Below are positions 7,421 to 15,411 of a stretch of 37,517 nt of DNA, in pieces. Numbering within the stretch: the stretch's first letter is position 1; each line of letters starts with the position of its first letter. Origin of the DNA: a virus (taxonomy: Duplodnaviria > Caudoviricetes). Both the position numbers and the translations under genes were made by a program. Under the pieces are notes generated by a model. The model ran no database searches, was not told the origin of the DNA, and was given only the letters and a program-made list of their open reading frames with translations. Location of the stretch: positions 1-37,517 of the IMG/VR virus record IMGVR_UViG_3300037043_000397; one strand, given 5' to 3'.

Positions 7421-7476
7421 GATTCTGCAAACATCGTGGCATGCGCACTCTCCTACCATGTTGGTTTGGAGGTGCT

Positions 7477-8022
7477 ATGCGGCGTCGATTTCTTCTGTTG
7501 GTGGTCTTGCTGGGTGCTGGTCAGGCTGGTGCGGCTGGTGCGCTGCTTTTCGGCATACCGTGGGGCGAGCCAATCAGCTTGCGGGCCTGCCCAAGATTGT
7601 TCCTGCAGTCTGATCGGCCATGTTGGCTCGGGGAGCCGTTCGTTGCAGGAAGCGGATCAAAGCTGGGCCATGTTTGGTTGCCCGATGCATCTGTGAGGCC
7701 GGCGTGGGCAGAGCACGCGACCTTCAAACTGACGGTCGACAAGCTCAACAGAGTGCAAGAGATCCAAGTCAAGACGGTCACCGATTTGGGGCGCTTTGAG
7801 GTCGCTGAATCCATCAGTGCGCGTTTCGGCATGCCTGCGAGAAACAACCTGAGCGCCTTCGACATACGCAGTGCCAGTTGGCGCAGCGCCGAGGGGACTG
7901 TGGAGATGCTCTGCAAGGATTCTTGCTGGATCACCTTCAGGACGTTGGCCAAACAAGCGGCACTCGATGCGGAGCTGGCAGAGCGCCGCCGCCGCACCGA
8001 GGAGAAGCCGAAAGCACCGTAG
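7477..8022 (+). CDS. Exported/periplasmic hypothetical protein in the immunity region
   Basis: GGAGG SD, signal peptide MRRRFLLLVVLLGAGQAGA, atypical codon usage, convergent with cI. Confidence 0.7.
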   Translation: MRRRFLLLVVLLGAGQAGAAGALLFGIPWGEPISLRACPRLFLQSDRPCWLGEPFVAGSGSKLGHVWLPDASVRPAWAEHATFKLTVDKLNRVQEIQVKTVTDLGRFEVAESISARFGMPARNNLSAFDIRSASWRSAEGTVEMLCKDSCWITFRTLAKQAALDAELAERRRRTEEKPKAP

Positions 8023-8024
8023 GG

Positions 8025-8666
8025 CTAGCGGGTCGAGCGGCGGCCTCTCATCCCATCAAACACAGCGATCACAACCAACGATTCCTTGTCGCTGTACATC
8101 GGAAGGAATGCTCTGTTGATCGCGTGGGCCTCCCAGTGGCCGGGCCTGACCAGGCGGAATTCTCGACAGTGAACGTTGCCGCTGCTGTCTCGTAGGAGCA
8201 CCCAGTCGCCTGGTTCTGGTTGAACACCCACCAAGAAGATGCACCGTGTTCCTCGGGGTGCCTCCGGGGACATCGCACTATCTGGCAGCTCGGTTTCAAA
8301 CTCACGGGGCAAATCGTCGCATTCCATTAAGGCCTCCCAGCCGATCTTTGGAGGCGACATGCTGCGAATTAGCGGTCTCACGTGCTGAGACTGCCCCGAG
8401 TCTGCGGGGGTGATCGTTTGTCCAGTATCGCCATAGGCAACGGGTGGCTCAGAAACCACGCCAAGATGCATCCAGCCTGGGTAATGCTCCTCGAGGCGCT
8501 CGCGCAGTTTGCGGCCGACCCCGCGCTTGCGACCGGATGAAGTTACGCGGTCCGTGATGATCTGATAGACCGTCTGGGGATTCACTTCCAAGGTGAGGCC
8601 GACGGCCTTGTAGCCGCCCTCACGCTCGCAGAGCCGCTTCAGAGCATAGATGGCAGGATCGCTCAT
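8025..8666 (-). CDS. cI: CI-like repressor (HTH plus degenerate S24 peptidase domain)
   Basis: N-terminal HTH (GGYKAVGLTLEVNPQTVYQI); C-terminal S24-like MSP...G....PEPGDWV...N; divergent from cro. Confidence 0.85.
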   Translation of the reverse strand: MSDPAIYALKRLCEREGGYKAVGLTLEVNPQTVYQIITDRVTSSGRKRGVGRKLRERLEEHYPGWMHLGVVSEPPVAYGDTGQTITPADSGQSQHVRPLIRSMSPPKIGWEALMECDDLPREFETELPDSAMSPEAPRGTRCIFLVGVQPEPGDWVLLRDSSGNVHCREFRLVRPGHWEAHAINRAFLPMYSDKESLVVIAVFDGMRGRRSTR

Positions 8667-8757
8667 AGTTCTATTGCACCACTAGAACCGTGCAGCAATC
8701 GAACCCAGTTCGAGCGCACTGCTTGATTAGTTCTAGCTTGGTGATAGCATGCCGGCC
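8667..8757. promoter_or_regulatory. OR/PR immunity control region
   Basis: Operator copy TAGCTTGGTGATA 8734-8746 (12/13 match to the PL operator). TTGATT 8723-8728 and extended -10 TGaTAGCAT 8742-8750. Palindrome TCGAAC-CCA-GTTCGA 8699-8713. Confidence 0.7.
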
Positions 8758-9015
8758 ATGTCTATCACGCCAAGAGACCGCCGCGAGCTGGCCGCCCTGG
8801 TGGGCTGCAATGAGCAGTACCTCTACCAGTGCCTCACCGGCCGCAACGCCATGCAGCCCCTGGATGCCGTGCGAGCGGAGCGCCGTACAGGTGGGCGCTT
8901 GCGCCGCTGGCACGTCAGGACGCGTGACTGGCACCTGATCTGGCCCGAGCTGATCGGCGCCGACGGTGCGCCGGCCGTGCCCGCTGCGGCCGATGAGGTG
9001 CGCGATGCAGCGTGA
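8758..9015 (+). CDS. cro: Cro/YdaS-family HTH protein
   Basis: RRELAALVGCNEQYLYQ HTH and DWHLIWPEL motif. ATG lies just after the -10 box, so the mRNA is probably leaderless. Confidence 0.85.
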   Translation: MSITPRDRRELAALVGCNEQYLYQCLTGRNAMQPLDAVRAERRTGGRLRRWHVRTRDWHLIWPELIGADGAPAVPAAADEVRDAA

Positions 9016-9451
9016 TCGCGAGACGCAACGCATGGTGGATGCGATCGGCCGGGCGACGAACGTGACCCTTGCTGCGCGGAAAGCAAGCGAATCCGAAGAG
9101 GTCGCGCGCCTACTGGCTGCACTCAAGGCTGCCAGCGCCGGCCGCCCCAGCGCTATCGAGCTGTTTGAAGAGCATGTTGCGCAGCTTCGATCGCAGCGTC
9201 GAAGTAGCGACGTGTTCGTGTACGACTGGAGCGAGCTGCAGCGGCACCAGGTCAAGGGCCCGGCGGCGCGCTGCCGGGAGCGGCTGGCGGCGCACAGGCG
9301 GCGCAAAGCACGTTCCACAGTGCCAGTGCGTCGGCGTCCACCTCGGGTGGGTTCTGGCGCCTGGCCTGCGCAGTCCTCTGGGCCAGATCTGATTTCGCTG
9401 TATGCAGAGCTTTCCAGAAAAGCGGATGCGCAGGGGGAGCCTCCACGATGA
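9005..9451 (+). CDS. Hypothetical protein (3' part uncertain)
   Basis: GAGGTG SD and overlap with the cro end; the 3' 200 bp overlap an opposite-strand ORF. Confidence 0.35.
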   Translation: MQRDRETQRMVDAIGRATNVTLAARKASESEEVARLLAALKAASAGRPSAIELFEEHVAQLRSQRRSSDVFVYDWSELQRHQVKGPAARCRERLAAHRRRKARSTVPVRRRPPRVGSGAWPAQSSGPDLISLYAELSRKADAQGEPPR

Positions 9452-9557
9452 GCGCTCTGACGATGCACTCCAGCATTTCCTGCCTGGCCTGCAGTCTTGC
9501 CATGCCGCGCAATGCCTGGCCAAGAACTTCGGGTATCTGTTGGGCTGGGACTTTCAT
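9252..9557 (-). CDS. Hypothetical protein antisense to the rightward operon (101 aa)
   Basis: AGGAGG SD and a helical-looking protein sequence. Confidence 0.5.
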   Translation of the reverse strand: MKVPAQQIPEVLGQALRGMARLQARQEMLECIVRALIVEAPPAHPLFWKALHTAKSDLAQRTAQARRQNPPEVDADALALWNVLCAACAPPAAPGSAPPGP

Positions 9558-9821
9558 GGGCGCCCTCCTGGGGCTGGTGCGTGTAGGAGCCGCCAGCGTA
9601 GCGCAGGCGGGGCGCCCACCCCTCACGGCAACTCGCAGTTGTCTCCCGCCCGCGCTGGTGCCGGCCTATCCGGCTGCAGCCGTCTCCTCCCTGTGGCTGT
9701 GCGGGCGTTCGTCCCGGCGCTTCGGCGTCGGGACTTCTTTCTTCCGCTGCGGGCGGCTGCGTGGTGGTTCGCATGCGGTCAGCTTCGTCCAGATTCAACT
9801 GGTAGTTCAACCGGGGTGCCC

Positions 9822-10187
9822 ATGAAAGTTGCCTATGACCCGCTGACCCTACCGCTGCCGCTGTTCGGTGGCGTGGTCCAGGCGCAGCGCCTGGTGGTGC
9901 CGCCGCAGGTGGTGATGGGCATCAAGAGCTGGCGCCACGCCTGCCGCCTGGCCTGGAAGCTGCGCCATCCGCGCATCACGCAGCGCACCTTCGCCGAGCT
10001 CTCGGGCTGCTACGCCAGCCATGTGTCGGACTACTTCAGCGTGCACGCGCACCGGCGCGAGCTGCCGGCCGCGAAGGCGGGCATGGCCTGCCTGGTGCTG
10101 GGCAACACGGTGATGGTGCAGTGGCTGGCTCAGGAGGCGCACGTGACGCTGCTCGAGGAGATGCAGGCCACGCGGAGGGCAGCATGA
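9822..10187 (+). CDS. CII-like/XRE HTH regulator
   Basis: TQRTFAELSGCYASHVSDYF HTH and GNT...QWLA; located between cro and the replication gene. Direct repeat TTCAACYGG at 9794 and 9806 upstream. Confidence 0.75.
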   Translation: MKVAYDPLTLPLPLFGGVVQAQRLVVPPQVVMGIKSWRHACRLAWKLRHPRITQRTFAELSGCYASHVSDYFSVHAHRRELPAAKAGMACLVLGNTVMVQWLAQEAHVTLLEEMQATRRAA

Positions 10188-10417
10188 GGGACCGCTACCA
10201 GCCCGGCTACATCCTGGTGCTGCCCTCTGGCCGCCGCGTCGTCATCCAGCACGTGCGCCCGCAGCAGCTGGTGTGCAAGTACGAGACACCGCGCCACGGC
10301 GACCGGCGGCACGGCGTGCTGGCCTCGGATGCCGATCTGCTGCTGGCCCGCTTGTTCTGTGACAGGCACATGCACCTGGTGCCGGTGCTGCAGCCTGAAC
10401 TGGAGACCATGCCATGA
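10184..10417 (+). CDS. Hypothetical protein (77 aa)
   Basis: GGAGG SD; ATGA overlaps at both ends. Confidence 0.6.
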   Translation: MRDRYQPGYILVLPSGRRVVIQHVRPQQLVCKYETPRHGDRRHGVLASDADLLLARLFCDRHMHLVPVLQPELETMP

Positions 10418-10734
10418 GACCAATGGGCGAGATCTCGCTTGCAATGCTCAGCATGGCCGCGCAGCAGCCCGGCACGGTGCGCGACCTGGCCATGCGCGCC
10501 CAGGTGGGTTACGACGTGGCGCGCTACACGGCCACGCGGCTGGTGGAACGTGGCCAGCTGGTGCGTGTGGCGGACCAGCGCCCCGCGGTGCTGGGCGTGG
10601 CCCCGCCGCAGCCGCCAGGTGGTGAGAGCCTGGGCCTGGCGCTGCAGCAGCTCAGCCGCAGCTTCTGGGAGTCGGACGGGGATGATGACTCGGGCCCCTG
10701 CAGCCTGACGCCGGAAGCCTTTGCTTGCCTGTAG
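10414..10734 (+). CDS. Winged-HTH-like hypothetical protein
   Basis: TVRDLAMRAQVGYDVARYTATRLVERGQL; GGAG SD. Confidence 0.6.
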   Translation: MRPMGEISLAMLSMAAQQPGTVRDLAMRAQVGYDVARYTATRLVERGQLVRVADQRPAVLGVAPPQPPGGESLGLALQQLSRSFWESDGDDDSGPCSLTPEAFACL

Positions 10735-13418
10735 GCGATAGCGGCGGCGGGCCCCGGCTCGCACCCATCAACTTTGTGTCGCTCAACGATGCGCTGCTGA
10801 ACCGCGCGCACCTGCTGCTGCCCGACTGGTTGCCGGGTGGTGACTGGCGAGGGCACGAATACGTGTGCGCCGACCTGTCGGGCGGCGAGGGCAGCAGCCT
10901 CAGCGTCAACAGCAAGACGGGGGTGTGGGCGGACTTCAGTGGTGACGACAAGGGCTCCGACCTGGTCAGCCTGTACGCCGCCATCCACAACCTGGGCCAG
11001 GCCGCCGCGGCGCGCGAGCTGATGCAGATGCTGGGCTGGGAGCAAGAGCAGGCGTCTGCACACCGGCCGTCGCCGTCGGCGGCGCCCAAGCCGGCGGCCC
11101 CTGCTCCTGAGCTTGCAGACAAGGCGCGCCGCAAGAGCTTGTGGCGTGCCATCGTGCCGGTGCCCGGCCATGCGCCCATGCCCAAGTTCCGCTGGGGCTA
11201 CAAGGACAAGACCACGGGAGAGTGGCACGAGCTGCTGGCGGTGGACTTCTGGGAGTACGCCTTCGAGCAGCAGCGCCTGGGCTACGTGGCGCGCTTCCAC
11301 CGCACCAACAGCAAGGGCGAGCCCGAGAAAGAGACCATCCCCTTCACCTGGTGCGTGGACGAGAGCGACGGCCGCGGCACGATGAAGTGGCACCCCAAGC
11401 AGTGGGAGGCACCGCGCCCGCTGTATGTGCCAGCTGCGGCCCTGGGTGACCCGGCGCGCAAGCCCGTGGTGCTGGTGGAAGGCGAGAAGTGCGCTCGTGC
11501 TGGCCACGATCTGCTGGGGGCAGAGTTCGACTTCGTCACCTGGCCAGGCGGCACCAAGGCCTGGGCCCTGGCGCACTGGGGCTGGCTGATGGGCCGCACG
11601 GTGATCATGTGGCCCGATGCGGATGCCAAGCGCGCCAGGCTCACCGCCGCGGAGCGTGAAGCCGGCGTCGACCCCGCCACCAAGCCGCTGCTGCCCCCGG
11701 TCAAGCAGCCCGGCCTGCAGGCCATGCTGGGCATCGGCCAGCTGCTGCAGGCCAAGCAGGCTTGCACCGTGCATCTGGTGGCCATGCTGCCCCCGGGCGA
11801 GCGCCCGGACGGCTGGGACATTGCAGACGCGATCGCGGACGGATGGGATGCCGCGCGCGTGCGTGACTACATCCGCGCGGCCACGCCCTTCATCGCGCCT
11901 GAAGACGCGGTGCGCGCAGCCACCGGCAGCGCTTCTACCCCTTCAAGGGCTGCCGCGGGGGGTGGGGAGGATGCAGACGACGACGGCACGCCCGGGTGGA
12001 TGCGTTACCTGCTGTCCAGCGCCACTGGCACGGTGCGGCCTGTGCGGGAGAACATCGTGCTCGCCCTGGATGGCTGGCCAGACCGGGGTGTGCCGGGCAT
12101 CCCGGCCTGCCAGGGGCTGATCCGCTTCAACGAGTTCAGCAACAACGTCGAGAAGTCCGGGCCCACGCCCTGGGGCACGCCGGCGGGCGACTGGCTGGAA
12201 GCCGATGAGCTGCTGATGGGCGACTGGCTGGTGCGGCAGCACCAGATGCCCAGCTTCCCGCGCCAGCAGCTGGAAGAGGCGGTGATCATCGTGGCCAGGC
12301 GCCACGGATTCCACCCCATGCGCGAGAAGCTCGTGGGCCTGCGCGGCCGCTGGGACCGCACCAACCGCCTGGACACCTGGCTGCGCCGCTGCTGCCTGGA
12401 AGAAGACGAGTGGGGCGACGCTGACCCGCTGCAGCGCTACCTGACGCTGGTGGGCCGTTGGTTCGTGATGGGCATGTGTGCCCGCGTGCTGCCCGAGGTG
12501 CGGCAAGGCGGCCGCGTGGTCATCGGGCCGGGCACCAAGTTCGACTACATGCTGGTGTTCGAGGGGCCGCAGGGCTGGGGCAAGAGCAGCCTGGCCGCGG
12601 TGCTGGGCGGCGACTACTTTGCCGACACCGGCCTGGACATCAACAACAAAGACTCGCTGATGAACATCCAGGGCATCCTGGTGTACGAATGGAGCGAGCT
12701 GGAGAACCTGAACAAGCAGGAGGTGGGCGCCGTCAAGCGCTTCATCTCGTCGCCGTCTGACCGCTTCCGTGCCACCTTTGACCGGCGGCCCGCCAAGTAC
12801 CCGCGCCAGGTGGTCTTCGTGGGCACCACGAACGAGAGCCACTACCTGACGGACCCCACCGGCAACCGGCGCTTCTGGCCCGTGCGTGTGACGCAGGCGC
12901 CAGACCTGGCCTGGCTGCGGGAGAACCTGGAGCAGCTGCTCGCCGAGGCCGTGCACCGCGTGGAAGCCGGTGAGCGCTTCTGGCCTGACCGCGATGAGCA
13001 GCGCGATCTTTTCGACCCGCAGCAGCTGGCCCGCACGGTGGAGAGCTCGCTGGAGTCGTCCATCGTGGACTATCTCTACAACGAGCAGCAGAAGGTGCCG
13101 ATGGGCCAGTCCAACGGCTCGCTGCTGCCGCACATCACCATGGTCGACCTGCTCAGCCGCGTGGGCTACACGCTGGACAAGCAGACCGACGCCGTGGTCA
13201 AGAAGGCCGGCGCCATCCTGCACAAGCTGGGCTGGGAGCCCAGCAAGCGCCTGGCGTCCAACGACGAAGGCCGGCGGCCGCGCGCCTACGTGCGCCCGCC
13301 GCCGGGTCGATCAAGGCAGGGTGCCGGCGCGAGCCAGGCATCGGCCGACAGCAACACCAACCGCCCGACGCAGGGCAAGCCACCAGCAGGGGCCGACGAT
13401 GACGACTGCCCGTTCTGA
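10725..13418 (+). CDS. Primase-helicase fusion: primase-type N-terminus, TOPRIM domain and VirE/VapE P-loop ATPase
   Basis: TGVWADF..DDKGSDLVSLY; VLVEGEKCA, WPDAD, GWDIAD; Walker A GPQGWGKS; FVGTTN..YLTDPTGNRRFWPV. Start uncertain. Confidence 0.9.
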   Translation: MPVGDSGGGPRLAPINFVSLNDALLNRAHLLLPDWLPGGDWRGHEYVCADLSGGEGSSLSVNSKTGVWADFSGDDKGSDLVSLYAAIHNLGQAAAARELMQMLGWEQEQASAHRPSPSAAPKPAAPAPELADKARRKSLWRAIVPVPGHAPMPKFRWGYKDKTTGEWHELLAVDFWEYAFEQQRLGYVARFHRTNSKGEPEKETIPFTWCVDESDGRGTMKWHPKQWEAPRPLYVPAAALGDPARKPVVLVEGEKCARAGHDLLGAEFDFVTWPGGTKAWALAHWGWLMGRTVIMWPDADAKRARLTAAEREAGVDPATKPLLPPVKQPGLQAMLGIGQLLQAKQACTVHLVAMLPPGERPDGWDIADAIADGWDAARVRDYIRAATPFIAPEDAVRAATGSASTPSRAAAGGGEDADDDGTPGWMRYLLSSATGTVRPVRENIVLALDGWPDRGVPGIPACQGLIRFNEFSNNVEKSGPTPWGTPAGDWLEADELLMGDWLVRQHQMPSFPRQQLEEAVIIVARRHGFHPMREKLVGLRGRWDRTNRLDTWLRRCCLEEDEWGDADPLQRYLTLVGRWFVMGMCARVLPEVRQGGRVVIGPGTKFDYMLVFEGPQGWGKSSLAAVLGGDYFADTGLDINNKDSLMNIQGILVYEWSELENLNKQEVGAVKRFISSPSDRFRATFDRRPAKYPRQVVFVGTTNESHYLTDPTGNRRFWPVRVTQAPDLAWLRENLEQLLAEAVHRVEAGERFWPDRDEQRDLFDPQQLARTVESSLESSIVDYLYNEQQKVPMGQSNGSLLPHITMVDLLSRVGYTLDKQTDAVVKKAGAILHKLGWEPSKRLASNDEGRRPRAYVRPPPGRSRQGAGASQASADSNTNRPTQGKPPAGADDDDCPF

Positions 13419-13511
13419 CCAGCGATCGCGGGGCGCCGCGGAAAAGGTCGGGGGCGTCGAGGCACCGCCTATGTGATCGCCCGCGACCCGGCGCACCGGG
13501 ACCCCTGCAGC

Positions 13512-13712
13512 GTGTCCGCGTGTCCGCGTTCATCTACGGGACTCCTGGCTCTTGGTTCAAGCCAAGCCAGTGAGCCCCCAGCGGAGCTCACGCCAGCTGT
13601 GTCCAGGGGGCCGGGTGCCAGCGCAGGGGCGCATGTGCAGGCGCCTGCGAGCGCGCGCGCCGGGAGCGTGTCCCTACATCAACATCTAAGGAGGTACTTG
13701 GACACATGGACA
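13512..13712. repeat. GTGTCC/GGACAC short repeats, candidate replication-origin iterons
   Basis: GTGTCC at 13512, 13520, 13599 and 13668; inverted GGACAC at 13700 and GGACA at 13708; intergenic, right after the primase-helicase. Confidence 0.5.
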
Positions 13713-14002
13713 GGAGAGAAAGTCAGTCTGAAGGCGGCAGGCCCTGGGCCTGGATGCCGGTGGCCATGCCGCGTACGGCGGTGATCCTGGCCGACAAGAA
13801 GCGGCTGCTCGGGAAGGCCCATGTGGCCGAGTGCTTCCGGCGCGGCATGGCGGGGGAACCAGGCTGGTTCTTTGCGAGGGAAGGCCCGCTGGCCATCGGT
13901 ACGCCCTGGGACCAGTGGGCCGATCTGCTGCAGGTCTTCAGCCCGACCGCGGGCCAGGCGCTGGTGATCCTGAAGGACCCGGAGCCACCTCATGGGCCGT
14001 GA
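13706..14002 (+). CDS. Phage hypothetical protein (98 aa)
   Basis: AGGAGG SD; MP...G..HV.EC.RRG.AGEPGWFFAREG..AIGTP. Confidence 0.75.
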   Translation: MDRRESQSEGGRPWAWMPVAMPRTAVILADKKRLLGKAHVAECFRRGMAGEPGWFFAREGPLAIGTPWDQWADLLQVFSPTAGQALVILKDPEPPHGP

Positions 14003-14351
14003 CGTGGGGATCGAGGCCCGCCTGCAGCGCTGGGCCGATTGGGTGACCGTTGGTGATGGGTCGGGCTACTCCGGTGTGTGCACCCTGCACGAGAACTGGT
14101 CGCCGCCGACGGCCGGCCAGGCGCCCACGCTCAAGGTGGCGGACTCGGTCGATGTGATGGACACGCACCGTGCCATCGGCCGCCTGAACCTCAAGCTGCG
14201 GAACGCGGTGGTGGTGCGCTACATCTACGGCGGGACCATCGCAGAGCAGGCCGACCGCCTGGGCTGTGCACCTGAGACGGTGCGGGACCGGGTGGAGCGG
14301 GCGCACGCTGCCCTGCTCGTGGAGTTATGCAACAACCCGGTGTTGGGGTAG
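13992..14351 (+). CDS. Q-like late antiterminator (sigma70 region-4-like HTH)
   Basis: IEARLQRWADW N-terminus; C-terminal HTH QADRLGCAPETVRDRVERAH; last gene before the late operon. Confidence 0.75.
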   Translation: MGRDVGIEARLQRWADWVTVGDGSGYSGVCTLHENWSPPTAGQAPTLKVADSVDVMDTHRAIGRLNLKLRNAVVVRYIYGGTIAEQADRLGCAPETVRDRVERAHAALLVELCNNPVLG

Positions 14352-14368
14352 ATTCAGGCACTCTGACC

Positions 14369-14406
14369 GAAGCCCGCCCCGAGCAATCGCGGCGGGCTTC
14401 TGCATT
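14369..14406 (+). terminator. tR'-like hairpin downstream of the putative late promoter
   Basis: 10-bp stem GAAGCCCGCC/GGCGGGCTTC with a weak T tail; -10-like TAGATT at 14349-14354. Confidence 0.55.
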
Positions 14407-14408
14407 CA

Positions 14409-14867
14409 ATGCCCACCTCAGCACCCAAGCCCTGCATGATCTGCAGCACCCTCGTCCACGATGGCGGCATGCGCTGCCCTGCGCACCAGCGCAAGGTGTG
14501 GAGCAAGTACGCCGACGCGCCGCAGCGCATCACCGGCCGGCGCCTGCAGAAGATGCGCGAGTCGCTCTTCGCGCGTGAGCCGCTGTGCCGCCTGTGCATG
14601 CAGCAGGGCCACACCACGCTGGCCACCATCCGCGACCACATCGTGCCGCTGGCCGAAGGCGGCACCGACGACGACGAGAACATCCAGCCCATCTGCGCCG
14701 ACTGCGACGACGTCAAGTCGAAGGCCGAACGCCTGCGCGGCCGCGGCCTGGCCCTCCCCACCCCGGCGGCCGCCGGGGGGAGGGGGGGTCAAATCTCCAC
14801 CACCCCCGCCCCGGAAACCGAACGGTTCGGTGGATTTTCTTGCGCGCAGGTTTTGGGGATTTTTTAA
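14409..14867 (+). CDS. HNH endonuclease (terminase-associated, HK97 gp74-like)
   Basis: PLCRLC, DHIVPLAEGGTD..NIQPICADC; directly before terS. Confidence 0.88.
   Translation: MPTSAPKPCMICSTLVHDGGMRCPAHQRKVWSKYADAPQRITGRRLQKMRESLFAREPLCRLCMQQGHTTLATIRDHIVPLAEGGTDDDENIQPICADCDDVKSKAERLRGRGLALPTPAAAGGRGGQISTTPAPETERFGGFSCAQVLGIF
14752..14866. other. Putative cos/packaging region
   Basis: Perfect 18-bp palindrome CCCCGGCGGCCGCCGGGG 14761-14778, then a G-run GGGGGGGTCAAATCTC and T-tracts, between the HNH domain and terS. Confidence 0.5.
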
Positions 14868-14873
14868 CTGGCC

Positions 14874-15407
14874 ATGGGAGCTCGGGGACCCAAACCGCTG
14901 CCGGCGAATGTGCGTGCTTTCACGGGCACGGCGCATCGTGCGTTGCGTGCTGCGGACCTGGCGGACGGCGTGCACCCCGAGGTCGGCCTGCCGACCGTCC
15001 CGCACCACCTATCGCCCGAGGCCAGCAAGGAGTGGAAGCGCATCACGCCGCTGCTGCTCGAGCTCAACCTGCTCACCAAGATCGACCGCGCCGCGCTCGA
15101 GCTGTACTGCCGTGCCTACGGCCGGCTGCAGCAGGTCGAGCGCGCGCTCACCGCGCGCCAGGCGCAGCTGGTGAAGGACGACAAGGACCCGACCGACGCG
15201 CTTGTGCAGCCCACGCCCACTGGCTTCTTGCGCGAGTCCGCGCTCAGCAAGCTGGCGGCCGAGCTCTCGCAGCAGGTCGACCGCTACCTGGCGTCGTTCG
15301 GCATGTCGCCCAGCAGCCGCAGCCGCGTGACCGCCTCGCGCAACGACGCCCAGTTCCGCCTGCCGGGGATGGAAGACGACAAGCCTACCGGCTTCGGCGC
15401 GCTCTAG
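14874..15407 (+). CDS. terS: Terminase small subunit (P27 family)
   Basis: MGARGPKP, P.HLS.EA.KEWKRI, D.AALE.YC..Y, FGMSPSSRSR. Confidence 0.92.
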   Translation: MGARGPKPLPANVRAFTGTAHRALRAADLADGVHPEVGLPTVPHHLSPEASKEWKRITPLLLELNLLTKIDRAALELYCRAYGRLQQVERALTARQAQLVKDDKDPTDALVQPTPTGFLRESALSKLAAELSQQVDRYLASFGMSPSSRSRVTASRNDAQFRLPGMEDDKPTGFGAL

Positions 15408-15411
15408 CACC

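Noticed and set aside
8699-8713. CGAAC/GTTCG palindrome as an SOS box
   Set aside because: The spacer is 3 bp rather than the 4 bp of the Gram-positive box, and Betaproteobacteria use CTGT-N8-ACAG.
9805-9811. GTTCAAC as a possible R'' partner for GTTGAAC at 1669, which would make the left arm a giant cassette
   Set aside because: No L boxes, hairpin or R' follow it; it belongs to a direct repeat upstream of the CII-like gene. I saw no second attC in the window.
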